A DNA stretch of 64,000 nt, taken from positions 62,992,001 through 63,056,000 of the forward strand of contig NC_043006.1 in the NCBI RefSeq assembly GCF_006345805.1, written 5' to 3'. The translations under genes were made by a program, and so were the position numbers. The DNA is from Octopus sinensis. Its lineage: Eukaryota. This document shows, one piece after another, positions 53,400-64,000 of the stretch (its first letter is position 1; each line of letters starts with the position of its first letter). The notes under the pieces are model-generated. The model searched no databases. It was not told the origin of the DNA and worked only from the letters and a program-made list of their open reading frames with translations.

Positions 53400-54363
53400 T
53401 GGTCTTGTGTTGAGAATAGCAATATCATTTAGATATTCATGTCCTTGTGTCATAGCCTGAAAACTTTGAAGATAAGTCACAGCTTTATCTCTACATTTAT
53501 CACCAATAGTATTACAGAATCAACATGAAAACTCCAATTACAGATAGAGAAGTAATTTAGTTGGATTCTCTCGGATGTTTATTCATTTTTTTACTATTTA
53601 ACCTTGAAGTATTCACTACTTTTCCGCTCATTTCTAACTCGCTTTTTCTAATTGAGTATTAGGGAAATTTGGCAAAGATTTCCTGCTATAGAATAGAAAA
53701 AAGATAATTGCATATAGGCTATACAAACGTGTGTAAATGACTCAGTTATACACATAGTCAATTCGACGTTTTATTTTATTACAGCATTGCTTGCTTGGAA
53801 TAAGCTCAACCATTTAACTAAACATAGATTACTACTGCTGCGCGGGGAAACAAATTTACATTTCTCTTAGAACAATAGTCTCATTTCACTTAACATATTC
53901 TCATTTCAATTGTTTCCAACAAGACAAGATTTGAAATTATAACAAAAAGAAATCGCTATCCACATTAAACAAGAAAAGTGAAAATGAATGACTGTCGAGT
54001 TGTACAGTAGGAAAAGTTTAACAAGTATCGACACGCTATATTCTTCTCTTCGATTTCAATCGCGGTGAATCTATCTAGTTTTGATGAAAATCTAGAAAGC
54101 TGTAAATAGCATTCAGTGTCTTTAATGTAAGAAGCATTTCTACAATTGTTCAATTGTTTTGAAATGAGTAACTCAAAATTATCCAAGAGCAGGTGTTCTC
54201 TTTTAGAACATATCATAAATGTAAGTTGAAATTTCTGGTGAATTATAAGGTTGGTAGACTAAATAGATATTAAACCAAAAAGACTGGAATACGTAGTGCC
54301 ATTTTAATTATGTTTAACTAACACAGAATTAAATTGGTACCACTTATTCCAGGAATTCTTGTA

Positions 54364-54406
<43 letters not shown>

Positions 54407-54574
54407 GTGTGTGTGTGTGTGGTGTGTGTGTGTGTGTGTGTATGTGTGTGTGTGTAGTTAATGCTGTTGATCTACGAACATACACTCACTATTTCGTTAT
54501 TATCAAAGCAAAAAATATCTTAACCACAGAACTCAGAAGAAAAACACAAAAATAGAAATGAACAGAAACATTAA

Positions 54575-55080
54575 TTACCTTTGTTATTACCCACAACTCA
54601 AGAAACCACGACATTTTCAATAATAGTAAAGTTACCTACCAATTCTTCAACAGTCCTCGAAAACGAACAAAAAAATAACAGAATCAGAAATAATTTATCA
54701 GTGGGTTCCAAGTACCCAGCCTGAAAAAGCTTTTTAACTAAAACAAGATTTACAACAAAAGAAGCAACAAAGATAATACAAAAATATGGTGACCCTCGTT
54801 GCGAAAATATTTTTTAAATAAATTTAAATAGGAAACCTTACCCATAATGCTAAGAACACTACATTGGAGAAAAGGGCATTGAATTATATGAGAGAATAAG
54901 GGTACTTTAGCAACGAATTCATGGACATTCCATTTAAAACACATGTAGTGAATATTTTGAAAAATATGACAAAAGAAAATTCAAAATATTCCAATTTTTA
55001 AAAATATACACGGAAAATGGACATTTGTGAAAAACCAAATAAGAGTATTTTATTCATAAATACACACCAAAACTGAACAA
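54575..55080 (+). mobile_element. Possible Penelope-like C-terminal remnant
   Basis: PFVITHNSRNHDIF, a LKKLL.K.RF-like segment and terminal FIHKYTPKLN (cf. FI..Y.P.LN at the end of PLE GIY-YIG ORFs). Confidence 0.45.
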
Positions 55081-55423
55081 AGATAATACATAAGCTACCG
55101 AAATTACAATTACTAAAATTTTGAATGCACTTCAAAACATCAAACAACCTTGCACTTCATATCAGCGTTTAGTTTGAAGGAGAATACACTGTTAAATTTT
55201 ATATGGGAACCACTAATAGTGGTGGACTGGCATGGTTGCCAGAGTTCCTGATGGCAAGTGGACCCCTTATACATTAGAGTCCATATACGGAGGCCCATGG
55301 AAAAAACTTTGGTTTCAAAGAGTATATCTGAAGTCTTAGAGAATGAATTAAACTTTTAAGAAATAAATAAAACAATCAGGGTGAATGTGAACGGTTATCT
55401 TCTGACGAAATGAGGTAATCACC

Positions 55424-55790
55424 ATAGGCTTGGATGTGTGGTAAGAAGCTTGCTTCCCAACGACATTGTTCCTGATTCAGCCCCACTGTGTGGCACCTTG
55501 GGCAAGTGTCTTCTAGTAAAGCCTCGGGATGACCTAATCCTTGTGAGTGGATATGGTAGACGGAAACTGAAAGAAGCCCATCGTATATATGTGTATGTAT
55601 GCGTATGTGTGTCTGTGTGTTTGTGTGTGTTTGTGTCTGTGTTTGTACCCCCCCCCCCAAGACTTGATAATCGGTGTTGGTGCATTTACGTCCCCGTAAC
55701 CTAGCGGTTCAGTATAAATAGTGTCAGGCTTAAAACACGTACTGTGATTGATTCATTCGGTTAAAAGTTCAAGATGGTGCCCCAGCATTC
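55424..55790 (+). mobile_element. SINE family B
   Basis: gtgtggtaagaagcttgcttcccaac...ggcaccttgggcaagtgtcttct...cgtccccgtaacctagcggttc. Confidence 0.75.
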
Positions 55791-56009
55791 TACTGTCTGG
55801 TAAAAGAAAATATACTCTAGGAACACAAATAGTAAGAATTAATCTATTCGATCCCTTAAGTTTTGTAGGAAGAGTAATTTGAAAGAGACCTGGTTCCTAA
55901 TTCTATTTGGTGATTTTAATCACATAAATGCAAGGCTCCGCGCGGGCAAGAGATATAAGGAAGACGTTTTCTCTGTAAATTAAAATATATAGTGATAATA
56001 AGGTCAGGA

Positions 56010-56180
56010 ATGTTGGGGAAGGGGATAAGTCGATTACATTGACCCCAGAACTCAACTGGTATTTATTCGATCGACGACGATAAGAAAAGTTAATCTCAGC
56101 AGAATTTGATCTCAGAACGTAAAGATACATGAAATGCAACTTAACATTTTACCCGGCGTGCTAACGGTTATGCCAGTTCG
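56010..56180 (-). mobile_element. SINE family C, diverged, followed by (AAT)n at ~56190-56318
   Basis: gataagtcgattacattgaccccag...gaatttgatctcagaacgtaaag...cccggcgtgctaacg. Confidence 0.6.
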
Positions 56181-56253
56181 TCGACTCAATAATAATAATA
56201 ATAACAATAATAACAATAATAATAATATAATAATAATAATAATAATAATAATG

Positions 56254-56319
<66 letters not shown>

Positions 56320-57655
56320 TTAGCTAATTACAGTTAGATCTTCATTTTATGGTACTTCTTTTAACTGACTGATGGTGTAAATTGATCATTTTATTAGTTT
56401 TATTAGATTTTTTCATTCTCTTTTAAATGAGAAAATTAAAGCCTGACTAATTATGCTTACTAATGAAAAATGTGTCCTAGCAATTTCAAAGCTTGTTTCT
56501 CGCTGTATCGATCACGCAAAAGCTATACAATGATCATATGAAAAGAATTAAAAGAAACTGCATGAGTAGTTTTCTGCTATAAAATAGACGAGATTTTAGG
56601 ATAGGAGAGGAGAAAAGTGGGACAGAGAGAAGATCGATAATTTAGAACGTTTACATAAGTGTAACCAAAAGAAAAAAAAGCATGTGTGTAAAGATGTATT
56701 ATCTTTGTTTTAGCACGTATGTCGAAATTACTTTTCATCTCCGTTTAATTTAGATTTTAAAAAACTTTCATTATATACATGTAAAAATTGCAGAGTAATA
56801 ATGAATATGTTTAAGTTATATGCATGTTTCTGTGTGACATAGAAAGGGACGAGGAGGCAGGGAAATGCGTAGATGAGGAAGGAAGGAAAGAGAAGGAGGG
56901 GCGAAAAGAACAGAGCGATAAAATGAATATACAGGAGTGAATAGGGAAAGGAAGAGGAGATGAAATGGAAAGAGGGATAGGGAAATGGAGGAATGAAGGG
57001 ACAAACGATAGAGAATGTGAGGCAGAGGGAGTAAAGACTTATTTAACCCCTGTTCAAATCTTATTTAACAGGACCCCCATCAAGAATGTTCCAACAGCGC
57101 ATTACAGGCTTTTTAACATAGCGTATCTAAGAGAATATTATCTAGTAGTAGTAGTAGTAGGAGGAGGAGGAGGAGGAGGAGGAGGAGAAGGAGGAGAAGC
57201 TACAGCAGCAGCAGCGGCAGCAGCAGCAACAGTTGCCATTGTTGCTGTAGGAGGAGAAAAAAAAGGGGGAAGATGTGTAATTTAATATAAATGTTTAAAA
57301 TGTAATATACTGAATGACATACTCAAACACTGAAATTTCGCTTTGATTTGGCAAGAATACACAGAACCCCCCCACCCCGACTCGCAAAGAAAAGGTGGAA
57401 CATTTTCAAGAACTTAAGAATTAATCTATCGTATTTAATCTTTAGAGAGATAAAACGCTCATCTTTGTAAGCAATAGAAAACCTATATTAAGCCTCATCA
57501 GCAGAAAATAGTCAACTGGAGCTTGCTTCAAGTCACAAACATTTTTATATAGAGAGAAAAAGTTAGGAATAATATCTGGCCAGTATAATTTATATCTGAA
57601 GAAATAATTTAAAATGCGTTAAGAGACATAATTCATATGGGTGAACGAATCGAAT

Positions 57656-58131
57656 ACTCTTACTCTTTACTCTTTTACTTGTTTCAGTCATTTGACTGCG
57701 GCCATGCTGGAGCACCGCCTTTAGTCGAGCAAATCGACCCCGGGACTTATTCTTTGTAAGCCCAGTACTTATTCTATCGGTCTCTTTTGCCGAACCACTA
57801 AGTGACGGGGACATAAACACACCAGCATTGGTTGCCAAGCAATGCTAGGGGGACAAACACAGACACACAAACATATACACACACACACTTATATATATAT
57901 ACATATATACGACAGGCTTCTTTCAGTTTCCGTCTACCAAATCCACTCACAAGGCATTGGTCGGCCCGGGGCTATAGCAGAAGACACTTGCCCAAGATGC
58001 CACGCAGTGGGACTGAACCCGGAACCATGTGGTTGGTTAGCAAGCTACTTACCACACAGCCACTCCTGCGCCTATACAGCCACCCCTGCGCCTATACAGC
58101 CACTCCTGCGCCTATACAGCCACTCCTGCGC
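57656..58131 (-). mobile_element. SINE family B, full length, with its 5'-terminal 20 bp reiterated
   Basis: Reverse complement of the 25008 copy; acagccactcctgcgcctat repeated about 3.8 times at 58056-58131. Confidence 0.88.
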
Positions 58132-58214
58132 ATCATCGATCAGTCATTATTTTATTGATCCCTGCTATGGTTAGGTTTCACTAAATGATAATTTCGTACA
58201 TAAAAAGTAAGCCA

Positions 58215-58490
58215 GGAATATAAAGAGAAAAGAATAATCGATTATATCGACCCCGAAAGGATGGAAGGCAAAGATGACCTCAGCAGGATTTGAACTCAAA
58301 ATATAAAGAGTCACACAATATTGCAATGCATTTTATTGGAAGCTCTAACTATTCTACCAGTACACCCTCCTCACTATATATTAAATAATAGTTAAGATTC
58401 GCAGGATTTGAACTCAGAAAGTAAACGGTAGAAACAAATGCAGCAAAAAGTTTTTATTCCGAAGCTCTAACGATTCTGCCAATCCACCAC
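58215..58490 (-). mobile_element. Two partial SINE family C fragments
   Basis: atcgaccccgaaaggatggaaggcaaag...caggatttgaactca appears, and the latter motif is repeated near 58403. Confidence 0.5.
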
Positions 58491-58563
58491 TCTCAGCATT
58501 TATATTGTCTTGTAATTCTGAGTGTGTATCACTGCACAAAAGTCATATTTGAAGAATGATTAA

Positions 58564-58962
58564 TACTCTTTTACTCTTTTACTTGTTTCAGTCATTTGAC
58601 TGCGGCCATCCTGGAGCACCGCCCTTAGTCGAGCAAATCGACCCCTTTGTAAGCCTAGTACTTATTCTATCGGTCTCTTTTGCCGAACCGCTAGGTCACG
58701 GGGACGTAAACACAGCAGAATCAATTATCAATCGATGTTGGGGGGACAGACACACAAATACACACACACACCTACACACACACACACACACATGTATATA
58801 TATATACATATATACGACGGGCTTCTTTCAGTTTCCGTCTACCAAATCCACTCACAAGGCTTTGGTCGGCCCGAGGCTATAGTAGGACACTTTCCCAAGG
58901 TGCCACGCAGTGGGACTGAACCCAGGACCATGTGGTTGATAAGCAAGCTACTTACTACGCCT
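58564..58962 (-). mobile_element. SINE family B
   Basis: Closely similar to 57656-58075. Confidence 0.85.
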
Positions 58963-59282
58963 ACAGGAGTAATATGGTATTTTAAGAGGAAAAATTAGGA
59001 AAATGAAAACCTTATCGAGAAAACTGCAGCAGATAAGAACGATACTTAATCTAAAATGACTTCTGAGAAGTTCTAAAGCTTCTAGAATGACATAGCAAAA
59101 TAAATAGCTTTAAGCACGAACAGGTTGCCTTTCTTGATTATTTGGTTCTTTTGAGTATATTTAAGGTGATATATTTATACTTTGAGTATATTACGTTACC
59201 AAATATATTCACACACAAGCATACCTGTATATATGTATGTGTGTGCACGTGTGTCTGTGTGTGAATGCGTGTGTATGAGTGT

Positions 59283-59318
<36 letters not shown>

Positions 59319-60234
59319 GTAAATATAGGGATAAGCAACTTAGACAGGTCAATATATAAAGTAGATTAAATGCATAAATTACAAAAAAAAAATGTATATG
59401 TTTACATACAAAAATATCTGACTTACGCAGAAAAGAACTGATATTGAGAATTAAAGGGGTTGAAGAAAAGTATTACAAATCCAACAAGTGTTTCTGGGCG
59501 GGAGGTGGTCCAAAATAGTGTATGTAGATTGATTCCATCATCTCGTGCGACAAGCCTCCAGGGAAGAGATCTTACACTTGATGTGTTGAAAGAAAGAAGT
59601 TCAAAGATGGAATGATTTTGTGGAGAGTGTATGAGAAGGGGGGAATTGGAGAGTATTCAGATAGAGAATAGTGAGAGGAGAAAATAACTTTCAAGGGTTA
59701 GGGGTTAATAAGTACGCTATTAGGGAGTTAGAGTAGTAAAGGTGGAAGGGAGGAGGAAGAGGGAAGGGTGGTGTAGGTAGTATTTGAATAATAGCCTATA
59801 GTGTTATTTTGCCTGAATGCTTTAGAATTAATGGCTGAAATTGTGAGAAAAGGAATGGCCGTTATTTGACGGAAATAAGTTGACTGGTTCAGTCGCTGAG
59901 AGAGATTACTAAGGTATGCAGAGAGGTATGAAAGAGGATAGAGTGGGAATAGAGTTGGGTGAGTTGATGGTCAATATAGCAGTTGTTAGTGGAACAAAGG
60001 AATTGGGTTGGTATTGTAGGGGTGTTCCATGGAATACAGAGGTGTATGAAATTGAATAGAGGTATGCTAATAGGGAGGGTGTAGAGGTTGACACGTCAGT
60101 ATCTGTTATGGAAGAATCCTGCACACGCCCACGTGAATGAAAATGGACTAAAGGATTTGAATAGATGAAGAACTGCGTGAAGTGTCAGTGGCAGTTGACA
60201 GCGCCGATCGTCTGTATTAGTTACTGTGTCAGTT

Positions 60235-60790
60235 TAAAATATCGTTGGCACCAGCCGAGTATGAGAAATATTGAAATTGCATATTACTAAAGAGACCAGG
60301 TGAAGTTTGCTTTGAAGAAACTGTGGATATTCTATCAAAGATTTTCAGCGAAAAATGCTTTTATTTAATACGCACTGGCAACACATGAGTATTACAAAAC
60401 AAAAAATACGAAGTTTTTATTATATACGCTGGAATCGTTAAGGAGGAATGCGGGAGATGCTTAAATGTTTAGTTTCCGTGCGCAGTTTAACGGTAAAGAA
60501 AGACGTAAAAAATTCGTACCCGAATTCCGACAAAATTAGAGCAGAATAAAGAAGATAATACTACAATATCTGAGGAATGCAGAGAATAAAATACCCGAGG
60601 CACGATACGGAACAAATTGAAGTGAGCAACTGCTCTCATATAAATCGGTGCGTCCGAAAGTAATGAAAAACAGAAAATTAACCCATATTTTGGATGTGGA
60701 GAATTACACTACAGATTCGACTGTCCTTATAAAAATCAAAAATACTTCATGTGTGCTAAGGACTATAAATAGTAGCGGTCTCATTGAGAG
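60235..60790 (+). mobile_element. Ty3/Gypsy gag-like remnant
   Basis: AEYEKY...EVCFEETVDILSKIFSEK...LFNTHWQ...YAGIVKEEC...KLEQ...ISEEC...RHDT, then an HYRFDCPYKN..C zinc-knuckle-like remnant; family recognised from recall. Confidence 0.55.
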
Positions 60791-60914
60791 ACGGGAGAGG
60801 TTAGGCGTTAATCGCAGGAAGTCGTAAGGTGTCGTTTTGGTAGTTTGTAGGAATATCGTTTGTTGTTTCACGTATAGTTTGTGGAGAGTTGATGGTACCC
60901 TGTTTCGTTATATG

Positions 60915-60947
<33 letters not shown>

Positions 60948-61082
60948 GTTATAGTGTAAAAAAGTATCGTCATAAATAGTGGCGATACTACAATAATTGG
61001 CAACGAGTAACGATGTTACAATAGTTGCACACAAACGCACACACATATATATGTGTGTGTATGTTTATATATATATATATAT

Positions 61083-61345
61083 GGAGGCGCAATGGCCCAG
61101 TGGTCTCGCGGTTTCGATTCCTATACCGGGCGTTGTGAGTGTTTATTGAGCGAAAACTCCTAAAGAGCTCCACGAGGCTCCGGCAGGGGGTGGTGATCGC
61201 TGCTGTACTCTTTCACCACACTTTCTCTCACTCTTTCTTCTGTTGGCCTGCTCGCTTAGCCAGCGGGGTGGCGTCATTCGAAGGCTAAAACAATGCGAAC
61301 GCATTGTGACCAGCGATGTGTAACAACATCTGATGGTCTGGTCGG
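61083..61345 (+). mobile_element. SINE family A head with an alternative 3' tail
   Basis: 61083-61238 matches 109-~295 (with a 22-nt internal deletion); the sequence after it is unrelated to the first copy. Confidence 0.8.
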
Positions 61346-61360
61346 TCACGTGATCACGTG

Positions 61361-61418
<58 letters not shown>

Positions 61419-61480
61419 AACAAAAATAAAAATGCTATTTTCGTAAAATTCGGTACATTTTAATTTTCTTTATATAAATA

Positions 61481-61630
61481 CTGTGTGGTAAGTAGCTTGC
61501 TTACCAACCACATGGTTCCAGGTTCAATCTCCTCTACGTGGCATCTTGGGCAAGTGTCTTCTACTATAACCTTGGGTCGACCAAAGCCTTGTGAGTGCAT
61601 TTGGTAGACGGAAACTGAAAGACGCCCGTC

Positions 61631-61632
<2 letters not shown>
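61481..61632 (+). mobile_element. SINE family B, 5' part
   Basis: ctgtgtggtaagtagcttgcttaccaaccacatggttcc...gacggaaactgaaagacgcccgtcg. Confidence 0.8.
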
Positions 61633-61669
<37 letters not shown>

Positions 61670-61795
61670 GATAGATAGATAGGTACAAAAAATTCAGGGT
61701 GAATACTTGATAATTGTAAGCACCTGTATATGACATTTAGTGGTGTAGGTGATAGAGTATATTTATCAAAATAAAAACATGATGCAAAGGATTTA

Positions 61796-61882
61796 GCGGT
61801 ACATATGTTTCGGGTCTTTATTAGACGGTTTATAACAATGCATAATTGATGTAAATGTGTGTCTATAGCCTTCTTCAGCTGC
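61796..61882 (-). ncRNA. Partly degenerate type I hammerhead motif
   Basis: Minus strand GCAG-CTGAAGA-aggctatagac...gtctaataaagaccc-GAAAC-ATAT-GTA|CCGC; core intact, one mismatch in stem I, stem II imperfect. Confidence 0.6.
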
Positions 61883-63339
61883 GTACAATTACTACTTCAA
61901 GGACATGTATTACATTATAAGTTTTACGTTGGGGATGCAAATCCTCATAGTCGCGTACGACAGAGCGAGGCACCAAAACAAAATCAAAGCGTGCATCCCG
62001 TTTTTCACTCGATGTAGAATGAGGAAGTTGGATGTTGAGATAGAGAGGGGCGGAGTTGAGGTGAATCTTTATTGAGTTAGGGATCACAAAGATGGAGAGT
62101 AGTGGGTGCAAAAAGTAGTAAAAGAGCGAAAAATTACAAAGGAGTAAAAATCTTTTAAATATATAAAAATATAAGAATATAAAAATTATCTAAGTATATA
62201 AATATATAAATACATAAATACACACAGACGTGAAAAAAACATGGGAATATAAATAAATAGAGATAAAGATAAAAAAGCGAAAAATAAAGACGAAAAAAAC
62301 AAGGATAAGGAAATTAAAGAAAATATAAAGGGATAAAGAAATATAAAGGGGTGAAGTACTACAAGGGTGGTCAGAAGATAACGTAAGGTACAGAAAAAGG
62401 ACATATTCGGTTGTTGAAGCCTAAGGTTGTAATTGGGGGTGTCATAAATTAGGTTAATTGTCTGGAGACCAAGTCGATGGTCAATGTAGGTTGTCTGGTT
62501 TGTGGCACAAGTTATCTACTTTCTCGTAAATTGTCTGTGTTACTAACGGTCAACGCATGCATACACATACACATCCACACGTATATATACATACGTACTC
62601 TCATGTAAAAATACCGACAGAGATACGCATATACATACGTCCCGCTACGTACAGATACCTAAACCCGCACAAACTAAATACATAACAGCATATACATTAA
62701 CACGTCTCTGGAGACGCACTCGTATACATACAAATACATACTCACACGTACATATATTAAGCCCGCACATCTACCCACTTATATACGTATATGCGCACAT
62801 ACACAAATATCTCAATATACACATACATACACATACGGAAGAAAGCGCATGTAGTTGGGTACAAGAACTGACGCGCATACGTACGTATACACATACACGT
62901 ACATACGCACATACACACACACTCACACACACACTCACACACATGAGGAAGTAAATCCCTATGCTTATGCACAAAAATATGCATACACCCACACTCACAC
63001 ACATGAGGGAGTAAGTCCCTATGCATATACACAAAAATATGCATATATGTATATGCACAGAAACAGGTATATCTATTCGCATGCCTACGCCCGTGCGTGC
63101 GCACCTCCATGCACTCGGACAAGGTGGAATTAGAAATGCGCATACAAGTGTACATACGCATACACATATAACTACACACGTACACGCGCACAAGCGCACG
63201 TACCTACACACGTATAAGTATACGTACACACACACACAAACACACACACACATATATATATAAACGCATTCATATACGTACCTGCGTACACACCTATACA
63301 AACGTGTATATACGCGTATATAAACGTGCACACCTATAC

Positions 63340-63377
<38 letters not shown>

Positions 63378-63379
<2 letters not shown>

Positions 63380-63575
63380 TTGTACCCCCCCCCCCCAACA
63401 TCGCTTGACAACCGATGCTGGTAAGTTTACGTCCCCGTAACCTAGCGGTTCGGCGAAAGAGATCGATAGAATAAGTACTAGGCTTACAAAGAATAAGTCC
63501 TGGGGTCGATTTGCTCGACTAAGATTGGTGCTCCTGCATGGCCGCAGTCAAGTGACTGAAACAAGTAAAAGAGTA
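63378..63575 (+). mobile_element. SINE family B, 3' part
   Basis: acaaccgatgctggtaagtttacgtccccgtaacctagcggttcggc...gactgaaacaagtaaaagag. Confidence 0.85.
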
Positions 63576-64000
63576 TACATTAAAAGAAGAATATTTTGGT
63601 TTTGTTCTACATGTTTCGGTTTTTGAGAAACCTTATCAAAAATATTACTAAAATGGAATATGTAGATAGAAAAAAGCTATTAATAAAATTAACATTCTAC
63701 TCTATACATTTTTAAGATATATATATATATATATATATCCCTCAAGTGGGTTATACAATGTAAAAATAAAATCAAGGGTTATAACTCTGTAAATATCCAC
63801 TAAACCAATCTTGTGGAAAATAAAGTGAATGCAGTTTGAAGACGATCTTGTCATTGAAGCGAACTATGTTCATATAATTTGCTAATAAGATGTAACAAAT
63901 CTTAAAATTGTCGATTGGTTTCACCACCAAACTTCAAAGAAAAAGTTGGCTGCTTACTGCATTGATTTTATTTTGTAAAAGTTTTGGTTTAGATAGTATT

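Noticed and set aside
57130-57270. Gly/Ala-rich ORF 56965-57285
   Set aside because: It arises from compound (GTA)(GGA)(GCA) triplet repeats; no domain or splice evidence.
62931-63044. Two-copy 60-bp tandem repeat
   Set aside because: It is a local duplication within decayed CA/TA-rich sequence and shows no further structure.

Overview
AT-rich, repeat-dense eukaryotic non-coding DNA. The SINE families and microsatellite load suggest an octopus/coleoid genome (inference). No host protein-coding exon, rRNA, tRNA gene or CRISPR array could be supported, and nearly all listed ORFs are microsatellite read-throughs or decayed transposon fragments. The window holds three tRNA-derived SINE families, R4/Dong LINEs tied to (TACA)n and (TAA)n tracts, a full-length decayed DD36E Tc1 element, mariner, hAT and Gypsy remnants, and many Penelope-like element (PLE) remnants. 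The most notable signal is a set of type I hammerhead ribozymes (HHRs), each with a self-complementary stem III. (i) At 44557-45628 is a near-identical tandem array of a ~475-bp non-coding unit carrying a canonical HHR. It sits in (TA)n and begins about 6 nt from the predicted cleavage site, making it a candidate retrozyme / circular-RNA-forming non-autonomous PLE. (ii) At 13625-14057 is a perfect 213-bp-arm palindrome with two complete HHRs on opposite strands. (iii) Several further head-to-head fold-back insertions carry HHR halves. All structure calls were made by eye; no folding program or database search was run.
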